Of a stretch of DNA of 64,000 nt, positions 12,130 to 24,755 are shown piece by piece. Position 1 is the first letter of the stretch. Each line of letters begins with the position of its first letter. The notes beneath the pieces were generated by a model. That model made no database searches, was not told where the DNA came from, and saw only the letters and a program-made list of their open reading frames with translations. The stretch comes from Octopus vulgaris (Eukaryota). Made by a program: the position numbers and the translations under genes. The DNA is taken from NCBI GenBank assembly GCA_951406725.2, contig OX597831.1:30566001-30630000 (forward strand), in the 5' to 3' direction.

Positions 12130-12432
12130 CCTTTTATCTTTTACATGTTTGAACCATTAGACTGCGGCCATGCTCCAGCACCACCTTCAGGGGTTTTAGT
12201 CGAATGATTAATTTTTTTTTAAAGCCTGATGATTATCTTATTTTGCCGAATTATACGTATATATTTGGTAGTTAGTCTACCAAATATATGCGTTTTATTT
12301 ATTATTTTGCACATTACTTATGTATTGGTATATGTTTTATCTTATATTTAATTTTGTCTATAAGATGTAATTTTTTCTAAATGGTATAATTTAATTTTTT
12401 CATTGTTGAATTGATAGAAGGTGGTTCTTTTT

Positions 12433-12476
<44 letters not shown>

Positions 12477-12563
12477 TATATTATATTATATTACATTATG
12501 TAAAATTTGATTTAGTATTTGTAAATTGAATTTATCCCTGTAAGTTTGGAATAATATTCTCTC

Positions 12564-12626
<63 letters not shown>

Positions 12627-12795
12627 GTTGGCCTTCTTTCAGTTTCCGTCTACCCAGCCAAATTCATTTACAAGTCTTTGGTCATTTAAGTTCTACAGCC
12701 GAAGGCACCTACCCAAGTTGTAACGCAGCGAGACTGAACCCAGAACCGTGTGGCTGGGAAGCTAACTTCTTACCCCACATGCATGTCTTCGCCTC
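12130..12795 (-). mobile_element. Old SINE family A copy split by AT-rich and (TA)n sequence
   Basis: 3' part gactgcggccatgctccagcacc at about 12160; 5' part ttctttcagtttccgtctacc..gactgaacccagaaccgtgtggct at 12633-12795. Confidence 0.7.
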
Positions 12796-14229
12796 ATCCA
12801 GATAAATACGCATATTGGTACACGCACTAACGCACACATTTAAGAAATAAATTATATAATCCAATATTGATGACATTGTTATATGTTTCTGTTTAGTCTG
12901 TTACATCTTGGCTATAGGAATATCGATTTATCGCTCTTTGAAATTCCAATGAATATTTCCGCGTCAATACATCGAATAATTATAGCAACATTAGTAAAGA
13001 TTCAAATACATCATTTATGAGTCAGTGACTTTCGGATTGCAGACGGTTGACGCCTCTTATTGCAATCCGATAGAAAATAAAATGTCTCTATCTTTCTGTC
13101 ATTTTTTTTTTTTTTTTTGCTCAAGATGTTTAACTGGGGTTAAATGAATGCTTGGAATGAAGTAGTTTATTTTGTATTTTTTTTTCTAAATTATTTTCCC
13201 GAGTATATTAACTTTCCCATTGAAATTAAAATCTCAGCTTGTCGTCAATGCAGCATTTAATGAAAAGAAATAAACTATATTATTGCGCCTGTCACAACAT
13301 GCATTTGGATTTTACACTTGTCTGTGGAACCAAATCGAAGACGTAATTGAAATCTTTAACAGAGAAACAAGTCAGAGTACCGAGATTTCATCAACCATAA
13401 CTATGGAAGGACGTTGAAGACACAAATGAAACATTTAACACACAGAATCAAGCCCATGAGTTTTAATTTTATCAATCTTACTTAAAGAATAAAATCGAAG
13501 GCATAATCGATTTCTTTAATACATGGAAAATATGGCATGAAGATAATAAAAATTATGTAGCAAAATAGATATAGGGAAATAGATGAAGGACATGTATCTC
13601 TATAGTAATGATATTCGAACACATATCTCCAGATGTTACATCTGCACTGATCACCAATCTATATTAGTAAAGAAGATGACTACCAATCAGGGATCGACAT
13701 CTTCACCAATATCTCTGAAAATGGTACCTGTGTTTTTCCTTTCCAAATGCTATGACACCAGCTTATGGGCAAATGTTTTGCATATTGCTTTGACTTGCCC
13801 TTTCATCTCATCCTATATTTTAAAGACGTCACATTTGTGGCCCTAAACCCTTCCTATCCCAATGAAAGAAATTTCACTTAAAATATTCGCCAGGATGGAA
13901 ATATAGAACAATAAAACTTGTGTTCTTGACGAGGTAACGTTCCTACTCTCGCTCTCCTGATTTATAGACTGTCGTATATTGTGTCTTGTTTACACACACA
14001 AGAAACCCTGCTTTCGTTCTTCCAATATAATTTCTATATCGAGAGCCTTTTCAACTATGGCTAGGAACGATTGCAAATAATGGCGCCCTTAGTTTCATAT
14101 TTATATCTGCTGCGTGTGCATATATTGTTATGTTGCTGATGTTGTTAAACAGATTCACACACAGTATATTTAAATTCTATGTTTTAAATATTTGTTATAT
14201 TTATAGATTGTAGTTACAATAAAATCTTT

Positions 14230-14550
14230 GTGTTGTAATTAAAATAGGATTTGGTTTAGTAAAATTTCTCTGTGTGAAACATGTTACTTTGCATTTTGTA
14301 CATTTGGAGGTTTTCTTCTTGTGGGCACAGCTGAAATATTTACAGCCACTTTTTGTACACGACGGCAAAGAAAGACAAAAGTCTCTTCAAAAAATTAGAC
14401 ACAAACGTTACTGTTTAAGTTTGTCAACCCCTGTAAGAGAAGACTCCCAACTTTGGAAACTATCTAGCAAAATCTTTCTTTCACACAGTAATATATTTTC
14501 TCAGGGAGTGAATTGTACACAATATCTGCCTGTTCTACAACCAGTGGTGA
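14230..14550 (-). pseudogene. Probable piggyBac-like transposase C-terminal (cysteine-rich domain) remnant
   Basis: Minus-strand translation GCKYFSCAHKKKTSKCTKCKVTCFTQRNF resembles the piggyBac C-terminal CxxC..CxKCxVxLCF..RNCF motif; upstream sequence is stop-ridden. Confidence 0.45.
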
Positions 14551-14574
14551 ATGATATCAATAATAATTAATAAT

Positions 14575-14750
14575 ACTGGTTTCAAATTTTGGCACAAGAC
14601 CAGCATTTCTAGGACAAGGGGTGAATCGATTACATCGACCCTAGTGCTCAGTTGGTGCTCATTTTATCGACCAGGAAATGATGAAAGGCAAAGTCGATCT
14701 CAGCAAAATTTGAATTCAGAACGTAAAGACAAAAGACAAACGAAATACTG
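14575..14750 (-). mobile_element. SINE family B fragment
   Basis: tttcaaattttggcacaagaccagca..tcgattacatcgaccc..atgaaaggcaaagtcga..tttgaattcagaacgt. Confidence 0.85.
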
Positions 14751-14765
14751 CTGATAATAATAATG

Positions 14766-14814
<49 letters not shown>

Positions 14815-14829
14815 CAACAACAACAATTG

Positions 14830-15360
14830 TGGCTCTGATGGCTTCTGATTTTAACTCATTGGAAGTGTTAGCATGGACATTGTTTTCCCTTGGTATAAAA
14901 GGTAAGCTACAGTAAATATTCTGCTCAATACCACAGATTTGTTTGACCATAACTATTTGAGCATGTCCGTTGGTGCAGACGATATGCATCTCTGATCACG
15001 AGCAGAAGTAGTAAGGGAGCATCATAGCCATGTTTCGAGAGGATTTCTTTGGGGTTTGAATAATTTACCTCTGGAAACATGGGTATTTCATTCAACATCC
15101 TTAAACAATCCTTATTTAAGGACCTTTTTAGCGGGATGGGCTACTCGACCCGAAGAAAATTCTAACTGGGCCCCATCTGTAAGGTCATGCGCTGTTTATC
15201 TTGATATAAGATCACCATGTCATGCACATATAATTTTGATGCATATGCCTGGTGTATCCTTATCAGACGGTTAGTCATGATAGGTATACTGGGCTTCGTA
15301 TATTTGTACCTCAGTGTCACTTTGATGGCATTGCTCTCTCACTCAATAATAATAATAATA
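14830..15360 (+). mobile_element. Unclassified interspersed repeat, probably a LINE 3' UTR with an (AAT)n tail
   Basis: More GC-rich block between two (AAT)n tracts, ending ctctctcactc(aat)n; family not established. Confidence 0.4.
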
Positions 15361-15580
15361 TTGGATTTGAGATGAGAGCAGAGAAAGCCCCCAAAACTTC
15401 TCTGCTGGGAACAGCTAGGATTTTAAGATTGGTACTTGGATGTTGAATGTCTCCCACGATAATTAACAACCAAGCATCAAAGCTTATAATGTACGGAAAG
15501 AGACCATGTGAGACCTCTGACAGCAGGCTGATGTCTGCTCTCACAGAATCTACCAGAACGCATAAAAGGGAGAACAAACT
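15361..15580 (+). mobile_element. R4/Dong-like (restriction-like endonuclease) non-LTR retrotransposon, extreme 3' fragment
   Basis: Translation KTSLLGTARILRLVLGC* matches the conserved C-terminal KxxLLGTARILRxVL motif; lies next to (AAT)n. Confidence 0.65.
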
Positions 15581-15903
15581 ACGGTGGATTTTGGACATAG
15601 AACCTAGAGACGGACGAAATGCCGCAACACACCGGCGTATTAACGGTTGTACCAACTCGTTGCCTTGGTGATAATGGTAATTACTACGATCTTATTTTTA
15701 GTGATAACACTGACTGAAATCATAATGAGAAGGCTGGAGGTTTCGTGAGAAACGGTTTAGCTGATTAACTGTCTACTCATAGTACTTGGCCGGTATTATA
15801 TTTTACCAGACCCTGATTGAAGATGAGTACACTTTAATGTCAGTGTTATGAAAGAAAAGGAGTGATATAAGGAGCCAAGTGAAGAAAAATTTTTAGTGAC
15901 CAT

Positions 15904-16322
15904 AGGCGCAGGAGTGGCTATAGGCGCAGGAGTGGCTATAGGCGCAGGAGTGGCTGTGTGGTAAGTAGCTTGCTAACCAACCACATGGTTCCGGGTTCAG
16001 TCCCACTGCGTGGCATCTTGGGCAAGTGTCTTCTGCTATAGCCCCGGGCCGACCAATGCCTTGTGAGTGGATTTGGTAGACGGAAACTGAAAGAAGTCTG
16101 TCGTATATATGTATATATATATAAGTGTTTGTGTGTCTGACAACCGATGCTGGTGTGTTTACGTCACTTAGCGGTTCGGCAAAAGAGACCGATAGAATAA
16201 GTACTGGGCTTACAAAGAATAAGTCCCGGGGTCGATTTGCTCGATTAAAGGCGGTGCTCCAGCATGGCCGCAGTCAAATGACTGAAACAAGTAAAAAGAG
16301 TAAAAAGAGTAAAAAAAAGAGT
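15904..16322 (+). mobile_element. SINE family A with a triplicated 18-bp 5' end
   Basis: (taggcgcaggagtggcta)x3, then the consensus body and an (aaaaagagt)n tail. Confidence 0.92.
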
Positions 16323-16408
16323 ATACTCTGCAATATATCAGTTTACTCAAGCAGGGTGGTCACGCTAATTGAGCAGATACGATATTCTTGTCACTTTGTA
16401 GTTACTGA

Positions 16409-16469
<61 letters not shown>

Positions 16470-17379
16470 GGGGATGACGATTAACTTCGATATTTGATGG
16501 GCATATTGATCTCGGTAAGTTTTTGAACTAAAAGACCGTAGGATCTTGGAATGTACAACTCTCGGTCTCCATTCATATCTTTCTCCTTCTTTATGGTACT
16601 ACCTATATATAACCCCTCTGAAATTCTCTCTCTCTCTCTCTCTCGCTTTCTCCCTCTCTCTTTCACACACACACAGTCTCTCTCTCTCTCTCCCTCACAC
16701 ACATACGCATTCTCTCTCTCTCTCTGTCTCTCTCTCTCTCCCTCTCACACACACACACTGTCTGTTTCTATAACAAAGTTTTAATTGAAATGTATTCCAG
16801 AAGTTCTGTGCTAGACACAAGTAAGCCAAATCGTTGCAACTACTTCTCAACCTTCAGTCACCAGCCTACAGCCTACAGTCCCTGACTATCAAGTTCTTCT
16901 TCTAAACGCAGCTTCAAACCGTTGCATCACAGAGAATTCAACTCAAGTCACGTTTCCATTATAATTACCAATCGTCTGTCAATACAACCAAATTAAGAAT
17001 CCACCGAACATAATTTGTCCACTTATCCTTATGTCACAGATTGCGAAATTCTCAGAAATTACAGAAAGTAAAGAACAATAAAGAAGAGTGCTCAGAAAGC
17101 TGTGGACACTCTCCATCGCTGTTTGTCCAACCTACTGAATGCAAATTATCCATATCTATAAATGTAGTCAACGGCAAATTCATTCGATGTGTCAATAATA
17201 TAAAAATGAAACACGAGTGACGTGTTGACTTCACTGTGTTATTTATTGGCTACAATCGTTGCGTCTGTCACCACTCTTTACATTCCTGTATCATATTATT
17301 GGAATAGTCATCCATCTTCTTCAAAGACAATATCATGAAATGCGTAGTCGTGGTATACTTTAGAAATTATTATTACTTA

Positions 17380-17820
17380 GGCGGCAAGAGGTGGAGATAT
17401 GACAGATCGTTTGCAAGCCGGGCAAAATGCTTAACGGCATTTCCTGGCAGAAACGTTAGCACGCCGGGCGAAATGCTTAGCCGTATTTCGTCTGCCGCTA
17501 CGTTCTGAGTTCAAATTCCGCCGAGGTCGACTTTGCCTTTCATCCTTTCGGGTTCGATAAATTAAGTACCAGTTACGCACTGGGATCGATGTAATCGACT
17601 TAATCCGTTTGTCTGTCCTTGTTTGTCCCCTCTGTGTTTAGCCCCTTGTGGGTAGTAAAGAAATAGGCATTTCATCTGTCTGAGTTCAAATTCCGCAGTG
17701 TGCAGCTTTGCCTTTTAACCTTTTGGAGTCAATAAAATAAGTACCAGTTAAGCACTGGGGTGATGTAATGGACTAATCTTCTCCCTTAAACTTTCAGGCA
17801 TTGTGCATTTAATAGAACTG
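17380..17820 (+). mobile_element. Young SINE-B (about 17444-17665) nested in an older SINE-B
   Basis: ggcatttc is repeated at about 17436 and 17666 on either side of the young copy. Confidence 0.85.
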
Positions 17821-17827
17821 ATTATTT

Positions 17828-18030
17828 AGGCAGCGAGTTAGTAGATTTGTTGAAACGTCAAAGTCCAAAAACAATGCTTTGCACTGTTTGCTCTGGCTAG
17901 TTGTATTCTAAGTTCAATTCCTGCCAATGTCAATACTGGCATTCATCCTTTTGGGTGTGACAAAATAAGTTAACAGTCTAGTAGTGGGGTCTTCGTACAC
18001 GACTAACCCTCTCTCACGGGGAAGTGTTAG
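17828..18030 (+). mobile_element. SINE family B, old copy
   Basis: aggcagcgagttag..ttctaagttcaattcctgcc..ttcatccttttggg. Confidence 0.65.
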
Positions 18031-18500
18031 CTTTGTAACAAAAAAGGAAGCCAGTAAAAGGGTAGTAGAATCAGTAGAATTGCTACAGCGTCGGAAAAAT
18101 ACCTTGCAAAATTTGTTACGGCCTTTTACATTACAACTACTTATGTCTTGGGAGATCCGGCAATCTCGGGGAGTCACGAGGTAGAAATGTGAACTTATTT
18201 TAACAAGATCAAATATATAAGTCCCTCTGGATGTGACTAGCTTTTGTTTCATGGTAATAATCAAAATAGTTCGATAATTTGTGCTTAACATTGTGCTTTG
18301 ATTTGTACAGTTTCGAGTGTTAAATATATATTCATTCATCCTATTTAGATGGAATACTTTAAGCAAAATAGAATAAAGCTATGTTACACTGTACTTGATA
18401 TTTCACATCTAATTGCACAAGGAAAGCAATTATATGTGAATTAGACGAGGTGGTTCCTCAATTACATCAACTCCAATTTTTTAGTGATATTGTATATTAT

Positions 18501-18770
18501 CGACACCGAACGAGTAAAAGCTCTACCTGCGACGATTTCATCTCAATCGAAGGAGAGGAGCTTTCTCCGTCCGGGTTGCGGATCCGTGGAACAAGCTGCC
18601 AGGCGAGATGGTGAAGATGCCGACGACCGCTTTGTTCAAAGTCTCCCTTGACCTCAAGTGGCCTGAACTCTTTACATGAACACCACCCTGTACTTAACTC
18701 CATGTCCCCCTACATGGCCTTGCTGTTTGCTTTTGAGCCAAAAATTAACTAACTAACTAACTAACTAACT
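18501..18770 (+). mobile_element. CR1-group LINE 3' fragment with a (TAAC)n tail
   Basis: Translation KLYLRRFHLNRRRGAFSVRVADPWNKLPGEMVKMPTTALFKVSLDLKWPELFT* matches the CR1/L2 ORF2 C-terminal FSxRVxxxWNxLP..FKxxLD motif; short 3' UTR and tandem tail. Confidence 0.85.
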
Positions 18771-19479
18771 GATCGCCACGGGATTTGAACACAGAACGTA
18801 AAGCGGTGGAAAATTCGTTAAGTATTTTGTCGCTTACACTAAAGATTCTGCCAGCTTGCGGACAAATATAATAATAGAAATATAAGCGAAAGGATTGGTT
18901 CGTTTCTAAGTTAATAATGATTTAAAAAGGATTGCGCAAGTTACTAACAAGGATATGTCTCTCTTAAAATAAGAATGTTTTCAAAAATTTTCTGACGATT
19001 GACGGATCATTCGTTGAGATATTGGCTAACCAGTGATGACCAATGATTTGTGTCCACCCACTTATGCTGAATTTTATCCATAGACAAAGCAGTAATCGAT
19101 TCACTCACCCTGGCAAGCAGTAACTGGGCATAATTAGTTGATTTTATAAGCCCTGTAAAACATGGAAGTATAGATTCATTGCAGAATTCTTGATTCACTT
19201 TCCACGCCAAAAGTATATGAACGAATATCAGAAGATCTGCCCACTTCATAGACTTTGGACTGATTCATTAATTAATAATGAAGTCGTGAACTATATTATA
19301 TGCGTTTGTGATTATTAGCAGTGTTGATTCATTCATATTAAAGCAATCATCTCTTGCAACACAAAAAAGTTTTTAACATCATAAAATTTTGCAGAATATG
19401 TATAAAATCTAAATAGCTCAACCCCTACACTGTTCGGTATACCTCAAGAGAGGTATACCGAACACATGTAGTTCTAAAC

Positions 19480-19915
19480 CTTGGTTGTATATCGTAACCA
19501 ATAACACACATTGTACAAACAACACTCCGCCCAGGTATAGTGATCTTCTCAAATTCCACCAAACAGGTGATCATGTAGGAGCTGACCATGCCCTCGGAGG
19601 AACACAATTAGGGAACTCGAGAGGAAGGTTTCCGGGTATCAGGAGTTGGTGCAGTAGTGTGGAAATCGGGGCAGACAGATACGTTTTGAAGCAATAGAAG
19701 TGAAGAGTCGAGGTTCACTCTACAAAGCTCTGACTGAGCTCGAAGTTACTGTTACTGCAAAGAGAGACGGTTAAACATTCCATCACTGAAGCTGTGAAAA
19801 AGGCCACACTAGGGAGCATAGGATAAAAAGGTCAGACCAGTGACTTGCTGTTACTATGATGCAAGCTGGGACTTGATCACCTCTGGGTGGATCAACCGGA
19901 CGGGGTTGCATCTTA
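19480..19915 (+). mobile_element. HERO/NeSL-like non-LTR retrotransposon 3' fragment (restriction-like endonuclease domain), decayed
   Basis: Translation TTLRPGIVIFSNSTKQVIM*ELTMPSEE...YQELVQ*CGNRGRQIRFEAIEVKSRGSLYKALTEL matches the RPD..ELTVPWE..KY..L..IEVG.RG pattern, with stops and frameshifts. Confidence 0.8.
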
Positions 19916-19936
19916 AAACTATACACACGCACGCAT

Positions 19937-19968
<32 letters not shown>

Positions 19969-20032
19969 GTATATATTTATGGCTAGACAGATATATAAAC
20001 AAATAGATAGACATATACATACATATATAATA

Positions 20033-20090
<58 letters not shown>

Positions 20091-20093
<3 letters not shown>

Positions 20094-20554
20094 TAATTGT
20101 TATCGCCATATTAATATGGCAGTCTTATAGATATAAGACTAAAAGCTGTCGCTGATTAGCTCCATGAGGCCATCGCCTTAAGATAGCTATTTGACACACA
20201 AACTGTGTCCATTATAACCTTCGAACATCTATAAGACTGCCATATTAATATGGCGATAACAATTAATTTCCAGTAACGCTGCCGTAATCTCTTTTAGAGA
20301 GACTTAGTAATTTTAATATTTCTATTATTGAAAACAAGTGGATGTATTCCACCGAAACTAGGTAAATAAAACCTTCGAACAGAGACGATCAGTGGCGACA
20401 CCTGCTGGGTCGACTACGCTACATTGACAAAGGGCAAATACCCTGAAACGCGTCTGTAGCTGTGTGACTGGCAGTGTGAAGCGGCTGACCTCCCTTGTTC
20501 GAAGGTTATAATGGACACAGTTTGTGTGTCAAATAGCTATCTTAAGTTAGATAA

Positions 20555-20644
<90 letters not shown>

Positions 20645-20760
20645 TTATCTAACTTAAGATAGCTATTTGACACACAAACTGTGTCCATTATAACCTTCGA
20701 ACAAGGGAGGTATATTTATATATATGTCCATTATAACCTTCGAACAAGGGAGGTATATTT
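20091..20760. mobile_element. Penelope-like terminal-repeat remnant in direct and inverted copies, embedded in (TA)n
   Basis: 42-bp perfect inverted repeat (20091-20132/20227-20268), 224-bp perfect palindrome (20488-20711), hammerhead motif, and a diverged sister copy at 55707-56050; no RT or GIY-YIG ORF seen, so the Penelope-like assignment is inferred. Confidence 0.6.
20418..20460 (+). ncRNA. Minimal type I hammerhead ribozyme motif, U3-A8 core variant
   Basis: GCUACA [UUGACAA] AGGG-CAAAUA-CCCU [GAAA] CGCG UC^ UGUAGC: 6-bp stem I, 4-bp stem II, palindromic ACGCGU stem III, GUC triplet. Confidence 0.75.
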
Positions 20761-21217
20761 ATATATATATATATATATATACAGCGAAAGAGGGAGGGAG
20801 AGAGAGTTTTGAGTTATACCCACGTAATTGTATATATTATAGGTAAGGCAATATTTAAAACGATTCAAATAATCGTATAGAATTCGAATTTTATTTATGA
20901 TTGGAATGCTAAAGAACAGCTGAATTATCCTATATGCGTGTGCGTGTGCATGTATGTGCGCATGTGCGAAGTGGGCTTGTGTAACTATGCACACGCATTA
21001 TAAAATATATATATATAAGAAATATATGTGTACATATAAACGTCACTGAGTATATATAGACGTCGCTGTGTATATATCATTGACTGCGCCTGTGAGCATT
21101 CAAACATATACAACACACAGTCATACGCATATGCACATACACAAACTCATCTATATATATATATAAGCACATATATATTTAGGCATATATATGTATATGT
21201 ATATATATGTATATATG

Positions 21218-21258
<41 letters not shown>

Positions 21259-21675
21259 ATACATTGCCAGACACAAACACGTATATATTCATGCATATGT
21301 ACATATATATGTGTGTGTCTTACATACACGCACACACATGCATGTACACACATACGCAGACATACACACACATATATATATACACATATCCTACACGTAT
21401 ACCTATATGCTTCTGACCGTGTCTGAATGTTTGTGAGTGTGATGATGCGATGTAGGGCTTATTTTAGGCGGAAATGTTAGTAATGGGAGAAGTTACACTA
21501 TGGATCGTAGCAATAAAATTTATTGTCGAAAGATAATTGGTACAAAGAAGATTTCGGTATTTGTTATATGTTTTTTTCCACATATATTAAATCCCTACAG
21601 TAAACAATTAGATTATAAAATACATAAAAATAGGGAGTATACTGTTTTCATTGTAGAAAGAAAGCCTAAAGTCTA

Positions 21676-21769
<94 letters not shown>

Positions 21770-22887
21770 CATACATACATATGCGCACACACACATATAT
21801 ATATATACATACATACACGCACACACATGTATGTATGTATGTATGTATGTATATATATAAATACATAAAAGTATACATACAGAATACAGAGAGAGTGGGG
21901 TAAGATGTGTGAGAGAGATTTCGCCCCCTAGTTCTATAATGTTAATTGAATAATATCTATTGAAAAGCAATTCTTATTGAATATTAACGAAACCCGTTTT
22001 GTTACGGTTTTTTCTTCTCTTCTTTTAATTTTTTTTTTTTTAGAGAGTATTAATTAGATATTTAATATCTTCGACGTTGTTACTCTGTTACAGCCAGCTT
22101 TGAATTTCAGTAAAATTTGATAACAAGGGGCATTTTTGCATAATTTTTACACTGTTCATAAATCCACGATGCTAATTTAACCAGCAACTTTTCCATCAAA
22201 CACTTTTGAAAGCATAGTTTCAAGTATAATTTCATTTCGCTCTCCTCGGGGTTATTACAGTAACAAACACACAAAAGTAACACAAAACCAAACGCAATGG
22301 CAGCAAAGTCGAAAACAAACAGCGCCAATATCAATGATAATGTGAATAGTTATATCAGCTAAAATGGCTACCTTAACAATAAGAATAATGAGACCATAAC
22401 AACAAAAGAACGAACAATACTAACCACGATTCGTAAACATAAAATATAAAGTGAGGTTTCCATAAACATTAATCTGAGCTGTTCATTGGAAAACTGGTAG
22501 AAAAAGGAGGTAAAAGAGAGAGCACGAAAATATAAGAAAACAGCTGAAATTGTTTCAATCTAAATAAAGCTTCGAAGTGCAAATTAAACATACATTTCTC
22601 CATGAAATATGAGAAAGTTTAATCAGTAAAGAACACGTAGAGGGTAGGGTATCAATAATGAATGAGGGAGACGAAAAGAGTGAGAGAGAGAGAGAGAAGA
22701 AGAAAAGAGAGAAAGAGAAAATGAAAGTGAGAGGAAGAGAGAAAAAGAGGGAAACAGAGGGAGAGAGAGACACTTGAGAATGAAGTGGGAGGCAGGGCGA
22801 GTCAAAAGCAGACATATTTACATATACACACATATATACATACACATATAAGAAGGGCTGAAAAACAATTATGTATGTATATATATA

Positions 22888-22950
<63 letters not shown>

Positions 22951-23009
22951 GTGTGTGTGTGTATTTATATAGGCATCTATATATATATATACACACATAT
23001 ACACATATA

Positions 23010-24101
23010 TATTTGTTTTTTCGAAAGCTATAATGGAAGTGACAAAGGAGCATATTCGGCATATTTTGCTTTATGAGCTCAATAAAGGCAACAACTCAAT
23101 GGAAAATGCGAAACACAATATAGTATATGGGGATTTGTTAATAAGCGTAAGCCAGTGTCAGTGGGGGTTCTAGAAATTCTGAGCCGGAAACTACAGCCTT
23201 GAAGACAAGCCTCGTACTGAAAGATCTGTAGAGCTCGACGAGAACGTCCTGCAAACCCTGCTGGGATAAAAATCTATCGTAACTTTTGAGGAACTAGTGC
23301 AGAAGCTTGGATTTGGTCATTCAACCATTCATCGATACCTGCGTGCAATCGGAAAAATCAGTAAATTGAGTCAATGTGTTCCATACAAACTTTCCGAGCC
23401 TAATCGTGCGCAGAGAGTGAATGTGTGCTCTTCTTTGCTGTCACGTCTGATGAATGAGTCTTTTTGAACCGAATAGTGACTGGTGACGAAAAATGGGTTC
23501 TCTATAAAAATGTCAAGCGCCGAGGACAATGGGTAGGAAACGGGGGAAGTATTCACCCACGTAAGGTGTTGTCATCTGTATGATGGGATATGAAAAGTTT
23601 AGTTCACATTGAACTTTTCACCCAAACGGTAACAAAGGAGATCTAGCGAGGGCAGCTTGAGCAGCTTAAGTCAGCACTAACCGTAAAACGACCATATTTG
23701 GTTTCAAGTCGAAGGCTGTTTTTCCATCAGAATAATGCTCGGCCACACACAGCGAGGATGACATTCCAAAGACTGGAACAGTTTGAATGGGAAACGATGC
23801 TCCACCCACCGTATTCACTGGACATTGCCCATCTGATTATCATTTATTCCGCTGTCTTCAAAATCATTTGGAGGGAATTAATTTGAATTCTTTAGACGAG
23901 ATCGGAACAGTAGTGGAGGAATATTTTTCGTCACGGACAAGTGAATTTAGAAAGAGGGGCATTGCAAGTCTTCCAGATAGATAGAAGAGCCTTGTAGAAA
24001 ATGAAGGAGTGTATATTTTAGATTTAAAAAGAAATTTTTTTATCATAATTTATAAAAATAAAAGTATAAAAAGACTGCATTATTTATGGGATGACCCAGT
24101 A
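23010..24101 (+). mobile_element. Mariner transposon (DD34D), decayed; right terminal inverted repeat (TIR) present, left TIR lost
   Basis: Right end ..gcattatttatgggatgacccag followed by TA (24100-24101); contains a transposase pseudogene. Confidence 0.9.
23033..24026 (+). pseudogene. Mariner transposase pseudogene
   Basis: [15 protein letters not shown].., CVPYKL (WVPHEL), IVTGDEKWVLY, HPRKVL, HQNNARPH, HPPYSLDIA/PSDYHLF, GIASLPDR; multiple stops and frameshifts. Confidence 0.93.
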
Positions 24102-24566
24102 TGTTAGGGAATTCACATAAACAAACAACTGAAATATCTTCTTCATAAGCGACGGAGAACCGTTTACAAATGAACATGAATTGCAAAATGAGGCGTGCTT
24201 CTGTCAATGCCTGAATGGATATCGCCAGTAATGAGGTTTTGGATCAGATTTACAATGTTTCATTTGTTCATTTATTTCTGTAAAAAGAACACATTTGTTA
24301 ATTGGTTCACTCGTAGAATAGAAATACAGAGCAGATGTTAATATATACAGACAGACAGACAGACAGGCAGACATACACTCATAGACACACGCATATGTAT
24401 AACGAGTGTAGTAGTGGATGCAAGCGCGCTTATGTGGAACGCAAGAATACCCACAAAAATATATGTATACATATATGTGTATGTAAGGATATACATATAC
24501 ACACCTAAAATCACTCATGTTCATATACACTCATAAACACGGCGTATAAGTATATATATGTGTGTG

Positions 24567-24608
<42 letters not shown>

Positions 24609-24663
24609 CACATACATGCATACATATATGTATATATGTATATATACATATATATATACATAT

Positions 24664-24755
<92 letters not shown>

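Noticed and set aside
13560-14100. Unique, moderately GC-rich block that might be a coding exon
   Set aside because: The minus frames I translated contain stops, the short plus-strand ORF has no recognisable motif, and there are no good splice signals; possibly an old transposon relic.
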